Part shown: positions 50,201 through 62,000 of the stretch, in pieces
Layout: the number at the start of each line of letters is the position of its first letter
Numbering within the stretch: position 1 is the first letter of the stretch
Assembly (NCBI RefSeq): GCF_001949145.1
Contig: NW_019091400.1
Location: 186,001 to 248,000, forward strand
DNA from: Acanthaster planci
Taxonomy: Eukaryota
Direction of reading: 5' to 3'
DNA: 62,000 nt
Translations under genes and position numbers: made by a program
Notes under the pieces: model-generated
The model's database searches: none
What the model was told of the DNA's origin: nothing
Seen by the model: only the letters and a program-made list of their open reading frames with translations

Positions 50201-53200
50201 GTTCTTTCTCCCCTAGACAGTTGAATACGGTGGCTAGTCAATGATTGGCCATCTGCTGCAGCGGGGGCAAGATTTGCTTGTGCAGGTATGCACTGTTAAA
50301 GATTGATTGCCGATTCACGGCTGATTAATTAAAAAGCAACGCCTGTGTCCGTCTCTGATGTAGGGGACAGCTTGCAGGAAGAAAGGGCAGATCATTTCCA
50401 GCATGGGAGGATGCTAAAAAGAATCCAACTGCCTTGGGCTTGTTTACAACTCAGTTTACTGGACAACTAAATGGCACCGTGGGGATTGCTGTGGTCTGTC
50501 TTGCAGGGTTACTGCACTTTGCTGAAAGAGCCTTTGGCAGGAGAGTGCACATGTATTCCCACAACAAGGAAGGCCTTTTCATGACAAGGTATGGGTGCAC
50601 TAATGGTCTACGGCCTCCCCAAGGGAGCATGATGTCTTTTTGCGAGGCAGTGGTGCAGGATGGTGAGAAGGGGTGGGGGGTTGAGAAACAAGACCTGTCA
50701 AGTAAACTTATCTGCCAGTTCGTGACTTTCTGCTATTTTTTCAAAAACTAGGGAAAAAAGTGGGGATTATGAAATCCCACAAGGGCCAATCCAGAACAAC
50801 TTTTTTTGGAGGGGAGGGGTTGAACTTGTTTGGGAGGCCAAAACTTTGGAACATTTTTTCATGTAACCTTTAAGGCTTTTCCGAGGGGTGAGGCTACATT
50901 TTGGGGCTTTTTTTGACACTCTTAGAAGGGAGGGAAATGAAATAGGCATGAAAATTGCCTTTCTCTCATCGGCCCCCCACCCCCAAAAGTGGGCTCTTTT
51001 CTTGGGGGGTGCATGTAAATGGCCCCCTTCCTCAAATCTGCACTTGAAATCACACAAAATGACCACCAATAGAACAGTGATTTTTTCCCCATCCTTACTT
51101 AAAACTTTAACTGACATGAAATCAAAGTACATGTGCATTACACAGCTGGCTAATAAAATTGTTGCAGGGAAAGAAGTTCTTTGGAATTAGACTGCATTGG
51201 TATGTCAAACATGATGCTTGAGTCATTTTGTCCTGTGAGGGTTCACTTGACTTTGAGTAACATCTACATTCAAGCTGTCTCCAAAAGCATGCCGCTATTT
51301 ATTTAAAAAGTCTATGAAAAAAACACTTTTAATAGTGTGTTTTACTTCATATCACAAAGTGTGAAAAAATCACTTCAGAGTGTGTTTTACTTCATTTCAC
51401 AAAGTGTGATGTTTGACAGTAAAATGTACAGTTTCACCCCTGTCATCCAGCAAGGTGATATGCACCATTTCTTTTTTTGGGGGGGTGGGGGGTGGGAGGG
51501 GGACATTGAGTTTTGCATCAATTGACTTTTAGCTTAATAACTAAATTTGTTCACAAGTGGCCTGAAAGCAATGAATAGTGACTTCAAGACCCTCAGTGTG
51601 AATGCTTTACTTAATATATTTCTCGAGGCACCAAAAAAAACCAAACCTTCAACTGAATTCTTTCCTAGTCAGACTTTCATTAGGAATTCTTGCTCACAGG
51701 TACAATGGAAGTGGAGAAATTTGTGTCTATAAGACACTAATGGCAAAGGCGAAATTACAACCCCTTTTTAATTTTCAATTCAAGTGCATGTTCACCTGCC
51801 ACAAGTAATAATATATTTTTCCTCTCAGCACCTCCTGTTTTTAACCAATCTGCAATGTGAACACCTCTTACATTAGGTAAGTAATTTCCCAGGGGTACTC
51901 AGACAACCAGCACAGACATGCACACCCAGTATTATTTTGGATACACTTCAATGATTTACTATTTTATTAAACTACCACTGGCAAAACTCGGCCGCAGGAT
52001 TCCTTTGTGACAGCTGGCTCACTCAGGAATCATATATCACAACAAATTTACCTTTTGCCGGATGTCCTCAGCAAATATTTGGGCCATAAGAAATTCAATT
52101 GCTACTCCAAATTGTTCCTTTTCAACAGCAAATTGGGATGTAGTGTTGGCTGTATTTGCCAGAACAGCGGCTATGAGCCACACTTGGACAATTAAATGGG
52201 AGCTGACCAAAATGCTTTTTAGGGTTTCACGGAACGTGATTGGAGTCTCCTTTTTCCTGCAGGGAAAATTTCTCGGCTGATGATGGCCGAGCGTCCCCAT
52301 GGAATCAGGGTCCTCTTCCACAATAAATTCTTCGGAATTGCAAGCTGTCTGGAGCTCAGTGGGAAAAAGTCCAGTACACCAAGCAAAATCCATGTGGGGA
52401 TAAGACGCATTCACTTCATACTTGAAGGCAAAAGTATGATGCCAGGGAGTTTGTCAGACTACTTTGTTTCGGCTGGAAGTCTCACTTTCTCGAACTTACT
52501 AAGCAGGTTTTACCATCGGCGATATTTTATAGTAAATGGCCCCAGCTCTTTCCCCCCTCCCCACTCTCAGCTGTCACGAAGATTCAGGACAAATACAGCT
52601 TGATTTCTCTATCGGCTACAAAATCTGCTGTGACGAGAAAAAGAGAAGGTCGTATCTAGATTTCTTCTATTTGCCTGCAACATGTAAGATTTACGGCTGT
52701 AGTGGGAGTTACAATTTGGGAACAAAACTTGAAAACACTTATAACAGGAACAAAACAGACTGTGACAAGTTGAAAGCAGTATTCAGGTTGAGTGCACTTC
52801 CAGGGGTAAATCTGATAAAGAAGGCATCTATGCAAGTAATAGAAGAGTGACCATAACAAATGCAACAATCTATATACTTTGATGTGAGAGAAGCACTTAG
52901 GTAATCCCATAAAATTGGTGTTCAAAAGTGTAATACTTTTATAATCCTGTTACTCCCCACTTGTGTAATTTGGCGTGGAAATATCACTGAAATCTACTTC
53001 AAACTATTTTATTGTTCGGCAAATAATTTGTATTACTTAATCACTCTAACATATTAGAGGAATGTGTTCTAAATTTACAAAATCTTATGTCAGATGTGAC
53101 AGGGAAATGAAAACACTGGACACCAACTTTACATAATGACCCACTTCAGCCATGTCCAAAAGATTTGGGTGCATACGGAAAAGACCAAGCTGGTCGATGT

Positions 53201-55785
53201 AGATGCATGTATTATTTCAAGCCTTAGTCAAGAAATTTGGATAGATAACTACCTCTGTGTTGAAAACTCATGAGGGCACTCCGTGCAGGAACAAAAGAGG
53301 GCATATTCTTAAATGAAAATGGCAGACTTTTGGTATATTTGGCATGGGGCATGTTGAGTACATGCAATAAATCTATGCTGGAATGTATGGTCTTCACGTG
53401 TGCACCGAGCACATGCTGGAACCTGGTTGGACAATTTCTCACCAGCCTGTCTTTCTTTCGCTGGCGAGGGTGCACTTCAACTCAGGGAGGATTGTCACCG
53501 ATGACACCTACACTATTAAAAGTTTGACTATGATTATATGGGCGCGTCACCAAGCACAGTACTCAAAAGCAGCAGACTGACAAATGTTCCACAGTGAAAG
53601 CCATTTTCATAGAAATTTTTGAAATTCACCCCTTTCCTTGTTTTTTTTCTATTCTGTTATGTTTTCCCAAGGGATTTCTTTGCTCCCTTTGAGATTCCCA
53701 CAACTGCCAGGTCTACAGAAGCATCCAGGGACTTACAGTGTCAGTAGATTTTTGAGACCTTTGAAGACATCCTCATCAAGGGTGGAGAGATGATTGCCCA
53801 AAAGCTTCCTAAGAAACAGCAATTGATAATGCAGTCGGTAAATTACCAATGCTATGTACTATTTAACAGACCTAAAACATGATGTCATAACGTAGTGTTT
53901 ACCGCAGTGTATTGTGGGTGAAAAGTGGAGATAGAAATCAATGATGCTGGACACAATCGTCAGTAATGTGTGTCTTTGTTCGTAGTTTGTCGTTTGGCAT
54001 TTGTCGTGTGCTTGATACACACAATGGCACACAACAGTAAATGCCAACCATTTTGGAAAATACAGGCCTTCTCAATTTCAGGATCTCTTCGACAATTTTC
54101 CATGCACATGATGTTAGCAATGGCGTGCATACTATTGTCCCCACAATGCACAGTGGTAATCATTGCATTACGTCATTATGTTGTAAGACTACTCTAACAC
54201 TGTGAATGGAATCTAACTGGACTCAAGTAGATAAATTTATATGCAACCAAACATTGAATGAAGGTTTGACTTTTGGGGGGGAGATCAAACTATTAAAAAC
54301 ACACTGCTACTGGGGAAAATCTGCACTTTTTTCTATCATTCAGGTACAGATTTAGTTGGGTCTTTGCATTTAAAGTTTCTGAATGGGGAGAAAGCTTATT
54401 TTCTTTATTTCTACAGATCAGCACAGGGTGAATAGTACAGTGCTTATTTCTCCTTTGTTTAATCATCCACAGAGAGTTGCTTTTTCTCATCACTCAACCT
54501 AAACCCATGTGTGGGGTGGATTTCAGCAGGTTTATTTATAACTCGAGAAAAAAAGTTGTGAAATGGGATACAAGTCATCAATTTTACCATTGGTTGGGGC
54601 TTCCAGTGGGCACAGCGGGAACCAAATTTGATCAATATGAATCACTAGATAAAAAAAAGAAGCAAAGTTCGTGTAACACCCACGCTACAGGACATTGGTT
54701 GCCATGGTTTCCAAGACTGTTCCATCCATTATAAAGGGGGTTCAGAGTAATAATATTCAAACTGAAGAATGGGTACATTTTGCCTGATTTCTACTTCTGT
54801 CTGATGCTCATTAAAAAGTACAATTTGATAGGAGCCATTAAGTTTCTCTGCAGAAGAAAGGAGTGGTACTGTTTGAATAGAAACAACCATCTTGGGAAAT
54901 GAAAATACCCAATATCAAATGCTTTGGGCTGCTCCTCTCTACAGGTGTCTGTGGTTATTGTAGGAGTGGGGATACCTGTTGAGGAGGCGGAAATGAACAC
55001 AGGAAGGGCAGGGAGTGAAGGGGTTATTGTTGATAATATAATTACATATCTGGGAAGAGTGGTGTCCCTTTCCAAAGATTTTCTTATTGACTTTGTGGAG
55101 AGAAAAGTTGCGGTCTCCCAATTAATGTCCGATTCTGCTTTTCATAAATCGAAGTGCTAAAACTGGACACTCTTAGAAAATGACTAATGTAATGACTAAA
55201 ATAGCATAGGAATTTGAAAGGGTTGTGGTTTATAACGGTAAAGGGGAACCACACACTGGCCACCCCAAGCGTTTAGCCTACGATTAGGCATTCATAATAG
55301 ATTCTACTATAGCTATAGCATAAAAGACCTGAGAAAGAGTAAACTAAAGATGGGTCTCATATACCTCCAAGAAAAACAGTCATATCCATGACAGGTTCCA
55401 CTGGATTTGAGTCTATGCCCAACACAAAATAAATGTAAGGAATATCCCCATATTCTCTAATCTATGACTAACCTACAGGCTACAGCCACCCGAGGAAGTG
55501 GACAAATGTGTGGGCCCCTGACACATCTTTTCTGAATGCAGCCACGTAACACATATCTAGCAACATATAGAAAACTTTAATGATTTTCCTCTGTAATTGT
55601 TGACAAATTTCAAATGTTAATTCAGATCTATAATAATGCCCTTCTCCCCCCAAACAAACTTGAAAAACAAACAATTGTTTCGACATGTGTTTTTTTTAGG
55701 AACTCAAACTTACAGGTGGACTAGATCAGGCAGATGGTGGAATGCGTCGGCGGGCAGAGTGCTGATGTTGTTGAAGCTCAGGTCT
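35994..55785 (-). CDS. rk: Type-B leucine-rich repeat GPCR, bursicon receptor/rickets (LGR2)-like; 5'-partial gene, 14 exons visible, ~1210 aa
   Basis: Exons with GT-AG ends total 3634 nt and splice in frame. ~16-17 LRRs, YAYHCC hinge start, C-x-P-x-PGPLLPCVDLFG hinge end. 7TM with KMDVPRFLICNLAFADF, LERFYAI, GSHAWNCNDSRVARRMSLLVFTDF and LPLNSCANPFLY, closely matching rickets/LGR2 as I recall it. Orthology is inferred, not tested. Confidence 0.9.
39269..39424 (-). CDS. rk: LGR hinge exon (156 nt)
   Basis: cctag|GC...CCAG|gtaatg; SSGNIGIGSDSDWLDKSYF...LHNISCKPKPG; phase 1-1. Confidence 0.9.
40224..40269 (-). CDS. rk: LGR hinge micro-exon (46 nt)
   Basis: tctttctgcag|CCAGAA...CTAG|gtgag; PEINDSILWPENSWLG; needed to go from phase 0 to phase 1. 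Confidence 0.8.
41431..41638 (-). CDS. rk: LGR last LRR/hinge-start exon (alternative in-frame donor at 41323)
   Basis: ctgcag|A CAT TTG...; HLDGNSFPALPTDGL...YAYHCCDY...IEDL|gtaggc. Confidence 0.85.
42078..42149 (-). CDS. rk: LGR LRR exon (72 nt)
   Basis: SLSNNSISKIESQAFASCKELVHL; tag|...|gtgagt; phase 2-2. Confidence 0.92.
43281..43424 (-). CDS. rk: LGR LRR exon (144 nt, 2 LRRs)
   Basis: LLGRNKLKSIEGRPFDGLENLYELYLPENKITYIPADAFQNLTNLHSL; cag|...|gtaagt. Confidence 0.93.
43971..44036 (-). CDS. rk: LGR LRR exon (66 nt)
   Basis: DLINNQIEILPSFSKCSSLKIL; cag|...|gtaagt. Confidence 0.92.
44287..44358 (-). CDS. rk: LGR LRR exon (72 nt)
   Basis: VIERCSLRAIPENFCDNRTSLTFL; cag|...|gtaagt. Confidence 0.9.
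44462..44551. mobile_element. Intronic ~90-bp hairpin MITE
   Basis: tatagtggccaggtcccttattccgccac / gtggcggaattagggacctggcgactata. Confidence 0.7.
45236..45304 (-). CDS. rk: LGR LRR exon (69 nt)
   Basis: AISDVRNLSVFPDLTGTTSLSEL (FPDLTGT motif characteristic of type-B LGRs); cag|...|gtgagt. Confidence 0.93.
45896..46039 (-). CDS. rk: LGR LRR exon (144 nt, 2 LRRs)
   Basis: SLNHNLIVHLSAHPFAGLVKLEGLQFMNNSIESIAHTTFRNLPALHKL; cag|...|gtaagt. Confidence 0.93.
48256..48471 (-). CDS. rk: LGR LRR exon (216 nt, 3 LRRs)
   Basis: HLDSNYIREVPDDAFLGL...HLEKNSIRVVPDHAFVNNTNLTEL; cag|...|gtgagt. Confidence 0.94.
48625..48702 (-). CDS. rk: LGR LRR exon (78 nt)
   Basis: NLQLNRFQHFPSKSFRNGHTANLRKL; tag|...|gtaagt. 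Confidence 0.88.
51334..51409. repeat. 45-bp-period tandem duplication
   Basis: agtgtgttttacttcatWtcacaaagtgtga at 51334 and 51379. Confidence 0.8.
53737..53808 (-). CDS. rk: LGR LRR exon (72 nt)
   Basis: KLLGNHLSTLDEDVFKGLKNLLTL; tag|...|gtaagt. Confidence 0.92.
55714..55785 (-). CDS. rk: LGR LRR exon (72 nt), most 5' exon found
   Basis: DLSFNNISTLPADAFHHLPDLVHL; tag|...|gtaagt. Confidence 0.93.
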
Positions 55786-58700
55786 CTACCAAAGAGGAAA
55801 AGGAAAGAATACAAAAAGCATAAAACAAAAAGCTTGCTTTGGCTTGAAGTTACCCTCTTTCCATTAAACAGACCATTTTGGGGGACATCTGCTTTCTAAT
55901 AACAAAACTGGGGACTCAATGACTTCAGGGGAAAATTACTCTTAGGCTAACTTTAGAGTGAAAAAAGACCACTCTGAGTGAAAGTCGATGTGAAATTTTG
56001 ATCTAAGTGAGCTGTTTCACTCTAATTTTGTCTGGTTTCTATTGTCTCAGCTGGAGGTGCTGAATTTAATCTTGAGTAAATTTACACTCGGTTTTATTCA
56101 GAGAGTGCAAGCTTGCAGATTGTCTTGATGTTCCACAGAACAAATGTAATGTGTGTCTGTGCTGGGACTTCAATGCTACTCTCTTTTTAATTGAACTACC
56201 ACACAGCACCCAAAGTGAAACAAAATCTTGTCGGTCTAGCATTACAATACATCTTGGTTAAATTGGGATAAAAACTGATGAGAATGTACGATGCCACTAA
56301 AAACTTTAAGACCCACAGATTATATTGAATGCAGGGGTTAATCTTCAACTGACTGTAGATTTGATGAATTAGAAAGTGCTGTGATCTGGCTGTATTTTAT
56401 CTCTGTATATCTACCTAAAACGAAAGACGCCCCCGATCTTATTATTGTAAAGATCCAAATCCTACTCCTTTTATGAGCAACTATCCAATATACGGAAACC
56501 CACCACGCAGATTTCTGAGTTTCAAAGATTTATTCATTAAACATTTACACATCTTGCCGACAGCCGACATAAATTCGTGTTATCTCCTGTAAGCAACTGT
56601 GCTTTCTCAAAGGTGACCTGTGACCCGCAAGGGGCCACAGGTCATGTATTGGAAGGGGGAAGGGTGCCAGTGTCTCGTGTCCTGGTCGGGCGGGAACTTC
56701 ACTGCAATTGCCAATTACATTAATGTGCCAGAGATTGGATGGGTATGCTCTCTACATCAATCATCCCGTGTCTGGATTCTGCCTTAAATTTTTCCCCTTG
56801 CAGAGGGATTGCAAGACGCTGAGGAGGCAATGAGAATGTGTCGCAGAAATAACGAACGTGCGAGTGAACGGAGAAGAGTAAATGAAGCAAATACACCTGA
56901 TACCATGGATGACAGCTAAATAACAGGAGCTGAGAAACTCTGCCTGCCCAGGATACCTAGCATTCACTGGAAAGCAATCGATGGAAAATTTCTGACAGTA
57001 GAATTCCATCTAGACAGGTATATTAAACAACCCAATGCGATGGCTCAACTGACTGGAAAGCCTGATAAACAAAACAAGCTGGATTGGCTAACTTTCCTAA
57101 AGTCTGACATGGTTGTGAATCCTGACACCTGATCAGACTAAACTTTGGAAAAAAATAGCTCTATTAGTACTTGAGCCTTGTCCACGCTGGCCTGAAAACT
57201 ATGAAGAAAAAGTCAACTGCTTTGTCAGACATAACGAAAGATGACTACTGATGAGAGAGTTTCACAATAAGGTCAGACTTCTCCAAAATGACTTAATTGA
57301 CTCAAATGAACTGCACTGGGAGAGTCTGCCTAGACTACAGTGACGTTGACTCACAACAAGCTTTCATTTTGACTTGAGATCTGCCAGAAGAGAACTCCAA
57401 CTGTCATTTATGACCAAGGCCGGGAAGCCAAAATGCAGCACCTATGCACAATAACAAAAACAAACCATATGTGATAACTGATACATGTACACAGTTTCGG
57501 CCGATTTCGACGACTTTAATATGCACATGCTACTTGATGGATGATCCATTAGCACCGTTTTGCAAGTTTCATGCATAATTTGATAACAGCCAGTTGTGAC
57601 TCTTTTTTCCCCCTTTTTTGGTGTTGTTTCTGCAGAGTAATTCCTGGAGACATCTGTTAGTATATTGTTTCCCCCTCAGCAAGTGACAGCTTAATAAATT
57701 TGCACATTTCTTTTTATGGCTGGCCTGGGGGTCAGTAGAGGGTCAAGGGGGTGCAGGAATCCAAAGTACATGTTTGGGATAATGTTAAAAATAGACCAAA
57801 CCAGATCTGTGGCCCCACTGGAACATAAACTTTCAATGCTCCTTTGCAACTCAAAGAATAAACACACTCCTAGTTTCAATCTAGCACCTCTTGAAGGTAC
57901 ATGGCGTTTTATTGGGAAGTTTAAGAAAACAGGTAAAATCAATTGTGCATTTTCCAAAATCAAGTATGCTGGCAAAACAATACAATTTATAAAAGTCAGT
58001 AATGGGAAGGAACTTTTTCAAACAACAGTAACAAGGAAAGCTATAGTTATTTGTAACTGTTTGCCAGCATTTCCAATTGCTTTAATTATTGGAAGAGAAA
58101 AAACCTTTACTGAATTAATACAAAAAACAACTGTGAGCCTGACGATTCCAAATAACTGCATTATTTAGCCATGTAGGGTAAAACTTTGAGTTGTATACCA
58201 TAGCTTATGAAAGTCAATTTCAACATCCTGAATGAGTTACTGCATAATGATATGGAATGTTTCAATCGGGTAAAAAAATCACAGAGTGGAAAAACCTGTG
58301 TGCTGTTTTTCTTCATTTACTCCAAAGAATGCGTTGACTCCATTCAGGAACAGAAGACGAACTAAAGTGGACCCTAAGAAGAGAAACAAGTGAGGCAAAA
58401 TGACTTTTTGTGCATACGCGTGCGTGCATCTGGTGTGAGGGGCACAACAGGCAAATAATATCACCGGAATCTGCACAATGCCAGCCTGCAGCATGTCTGT
58501 GGTGATGCTTTTCCAGAGTTCTTCATTTTCCTCTTTGTCACTGCTGCTAATGGTACTTCCCATATCCCTGATTACTGACCAGAGTTGTAGTCAGGTACCT
58601 GTATTACCTAACCCCATCCTATGATGAGTTCACTGAGCGAGACATTAGGAATCCTAATCTTGAAATACGGATGAAGCTACATACTACAGATCTTAGACAG

Positions 58701-58848
58701 TAACTAATTCCCCCACCCCCCCCAACTAAAGGCTTGGACAATCAGATTTGGTTACATACTATAATTTTCCAAGACAAAGGTTTTCAGAAAAACAACTGCC
58801 CCAGCAACTGTTTTTTGAGTACATATATCCCAAAGTTCAATAAAAGCA

Positions 58849-58982
58849 GAGTCAGGTTGGCGTAGTGCTTCTTTCCTCACCTTCCACCTCTATATGGTCC
58901 GGGTTTGATTCCGGGCTCGGTTCACTTACCTGAATCTGTAGGTAAATTTGACCCAGAATATTCCTCCCACTTCTAAAACTGT
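58849..58982 (+). mobile_element. tRNA-derived SINE (family of 15528)
   Basis: gagtcaggttggcgtagtgcttctttcctcaccttccacctc...ggtttgattcc...cctcccacttctaaaactg. Confidence 0.6.
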
Positions 58983-59186
58983 GACTATTTCTCACTGTCT
59001 CCTAGATGCAATTTTCTTCAGGCTTGCAAACTACGTACAGTACGACCTAAGGTGATCTTCAGGAATCCTCAGTGTTATTACCAGAAAAAGTCAATAATAA
59101 TAATAGTAATAAACACTTTTGTGTATCGAAGTAAGCCCCATGACAGGTTTTGAGTTTTCTCTGCCATTGACTGCATTTGTTGTCTA

Positions 59187-59394
59187 TGGGGCAGCAAGGA
59201 CATCCGGGAGTTTCACAAAAATACGGGTAGCAACCACACCACGGCCGGCGAAAACAACTGCAACGAGTGCGCGCATACGTACAGATCAAAGAAAAGATTG
59301 TATAACCTGATCCTGTGTACATCGCCAAGGTCACTGTTTTCACCGGCGCAGTGCCTGTTATTTTGCGAGAATCCCGGATGTTTGGGCCGCCCCA
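59187..59394. mobile_element. TA-flanked fold-back MITE
   Basis: TA|tggggcagcaaggacatccgggagtttcacaaaaat ... attttgcgagaatcccggatgtttgggccgcccca|TA. Confidence 0.7.
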
Positions 59395-60316
59395 TACTGC
59401 CAATATTTCTTTTGATTTTGTTCACTATAAAACAACTCCCTCTTCTACAACTCTGTCCTCAACAGTTTTCCACATGAGTGCCCTAAGTACTGCATTTTGA
59501 GCACTGGTATAAGAACTGGACAAATAAACACATGAAATACAAATGGTCACATATGGCCTTTAACACTTTAATGTTCTGGTGGGTATCTAAAGACCTTTCT
59601 AACAGCAAACCTCAAAACAACAAACAGCAACCCCAGGGAACAGCTGTTCCAAGGTTGGAGTCAAGACTTGAAAATCAAAGAATTAAACAGAAGCACAGCC
59701 AGTGGTCTCTTTTTATATTGAGAGTGGAGGATCATAAAACCACAACAAGTGCAGCAAGAATAGCCCTGGCTTTTCTTTTAACGACTCCTGCCACTGCCAA
59801 GAAATTTACAGCCAACCTCCCCACAGTAGGGGGTAGGGGTGAGCCCAGGTACCCCATGCACACACTGGCAAATATTCCAAGCATGCCATAAGAACCAAAG
59901 TACTGAGGTGCACTTTGGTCAGATTTTTCATAATTTTTCTCCTGGGTTTGAGCCTGCTACATGCACCTCCATATGGTCTGAGACAGTCAATGTTTTTTCT
60001 GGGTAGCAAGTTTTTTTGTTTTGCCCCAGGTGAAAACCCTTTGATCGATGAAATGCACGTGTCAACCCCTTTTCGTAAATGAACAACACAGGTTTTGATC
60101 GTGCCTGCTGTGAGTGGAAATGCAAGTTCAAAACCACAGATCCCTCTTAAAATTGGGAGGAAAAAAGATTGTGTTTGGGCTCACATTGTTTTCCATCTAA
60201 TACTTGTACACTTTTTGGTTCCATACCTGGTAAAAGTAATAGCACAGTTTAAAATGTTGGTTCTTGTGCTGATGTTGAAACTGCACAACTGTTTATTCCC
60301 CAACAAACACAGATAA

Positions 60317-60567
60317 GGGTAATTCTAGAAATTAGGGGTCCATTTGTTTTTGTGTCCCTGTCACATATGACGTATGGTTTTGTAAGTTTAGAAGACATTT
60401 TCTAGTTTCAAAGAGTGATGAATTAACGCAAATTACCTGCCAAACAAATAGTAATAGTTAGAAATCAATTCTGGTGATATTTCAATGTCAAATAACAAAG
60501 ATCAGATGTACGTAACAGGGACACAAAAAGGTCACACTTTTGGACCCCTAATAATCTGGAATTACCC
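60317..60567. mobile_element. PIF/Harbinger-like MITE
   Basis: TIR gggtaattctagaaattaggggtcca / tggacccctaataatctggaattaccc; inner tgtgtccctgt/acagggacaca. Confidence 0.65.
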
Positions 60568-62000
60568 ATGATTTATAAGTATACTTCCAAACTTGATAGA
60601 GGGGTATTTAAAGTTTTATTTCCAAGGAAATGAAGTCAAACATTGAAGTTAACCTTGAAGAGCTTAAAAAGTTAATGGATCTGTTCTTCTGTACTGGACA
60701 ATGATTACAGCATGACTGGCATGAGCCACATAACTACAATGTAGACACGGTCGCTCATCAAGAATCGTGGTGTTAGTACAGTTACTCATATCCATTCTTA
60801 GTAGAACTTCCTGAGTTGTAAAGATCAAGTGCAAACACAGACAAAGTTTTACTACTGGAAATCACTTTCATTGCTGTGGCAGTATGCTCTTCCATCAACA
60901 GATTTGCCCACATGTAGACGGTGTTCCTCAGTGCAACCGATGTGCAGTGCTTTGAAAGAGAATTTTTTTCCAATCTAGTGAGCCACATTAAGGAACCACT
61001 TGCCACATTCAAGCCTTTTTGTTAACCCGAGTATAAGATCTTAATAATTGATCGTTCAGTTCTCATCCATGGAGTATTTGGAGAGTGGACGTGACTTGGC
61101 AGCGAGTAGGATTGAAAGCTAACGGCATGTGCACCATAAATCAATTTTAATTGACAAATAAACCTTACATGAATGAGTTTTCGGGTTTGGCATTTAGGGT
61201 CTAATGAAACGCCGCATTAGGGATCAGTGAACTGAACTCGCTAAAGTGCATGGATGTCACAGGGAGACAGTGTACAGAGTTTACTAATGCACAGGGATGG
61301 CAGTCAGATCTCTCTATGTCCAAATTTCTGATGATTTTGTGGAACATTGAGGTTGATTTTTCTTTTTCTTCCTTCATTTTTAAAACTGAAACTCTACATG
61401 AACACCAGATCACTGCTTGACAGTTATAGGCAAGAGCCAGGGGGGGGAGGGGGAGTTTTGTGTCATTTTTGTTTTTGTCTGACTTTTGTACACTGTAAGC
61501 AAAATCATTCCAAGAATATGTGAACTATTTCTGGAAAATTGAAAGGAAGGAAAATTGCTCAAAAGCTTTAAAAACAACAACTGGAGTTTCCAAATATCAC
61601 TCAAAAACTAGGCTTAATTTAATGCCACTCCCGTATGCCTACAATGTTCCTCTGTTAGAACAGATACAATATGTACACTGAAACCACTGATCTCCCCAGC
61701 ATTGCCACGGTTTCCAGAGTGGTTTGCAGATAGGCTATGGTGTGCAGTGATTGTGGAAGTTACTAATTACACACAATTTAGTGGTTGTGATGACAATAAT
61801 GTATCAACTCCTAGAAATGATGGATATTGCTCCTCTGCACCAGTTCTTACAAGAACAGGATAGCAAAGTCCAGGAAATTGTTGTTTAAAATTTTATCTTT
61901 TGATTTCTTTCCGACCAAATTATCTGGACAAAAAATAAATAAGAAAAGACAAACTTGAAAAAAAGAAAGCTTAAATTATTAATTTCAAAAACATGCTTGT

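Noticed and set aside
52037..52414. 125-aa intronic minus-strand ORF
   Set aside because: No LRR pattern or matching phase-2 splice sites, and no recognisable domain
54347..54410. Possible additional LGR exon (NKENKLSPHSETLNAKTQLNL)
   Set aside because: Lacks the LxxLxLxxN register and has a poor donor (gtacct)
55786..62000. Search for the signal-peptide/LRRNT first exon
   Set aside because: No Cys-rich CxC...C cap with a suitable donor was found by eye; it probably lies beyond the window

Overview
Eukaryotic (animal) genomic DNA: AT-rich, intron-rich, with four assembly gaps. The repeat families and gene content suggest a marine invertebrate, probably an echinoderm (inference only). (1) The right half holds a minus-strand, multi-exon type-B leucine-rich-repeat GPCR, a bursicon receptor/rickets (LGR2)-like gene. 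I reconstructed 14 exons from GT-AG boundaries (55785 down to 35994). They splice into one open frame of about 1210 aa, with ~16-17 LRRs, a hinge, 7TM and a ~460-aa cytoplasmic tail. The first exon(s) were not found and probably lie beyond the window. (2) The first 2 kb is the terminus of a decayed Polinton/Maverick (adintovirus-like) element. It has an AGTAGTAG terminus at 2028, a cluster of NF-kB-type sites, a TATA box and a frameshifted N-terminal part of the protein-primed PolB gene. A 634-bp TA-flanked DNA transposon interrupts this gene, and removing it restores the reading frame. (3) Between them lies mostly non-coding DNA with two decayed non-LTR retrotransposons, tRNA-derived SINEs (one V-SINE type), many fold-back MITEs, minisatellites and a pair of duplicated non-coding exon-like units. 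Most ORFs in the supplied track are spurious.
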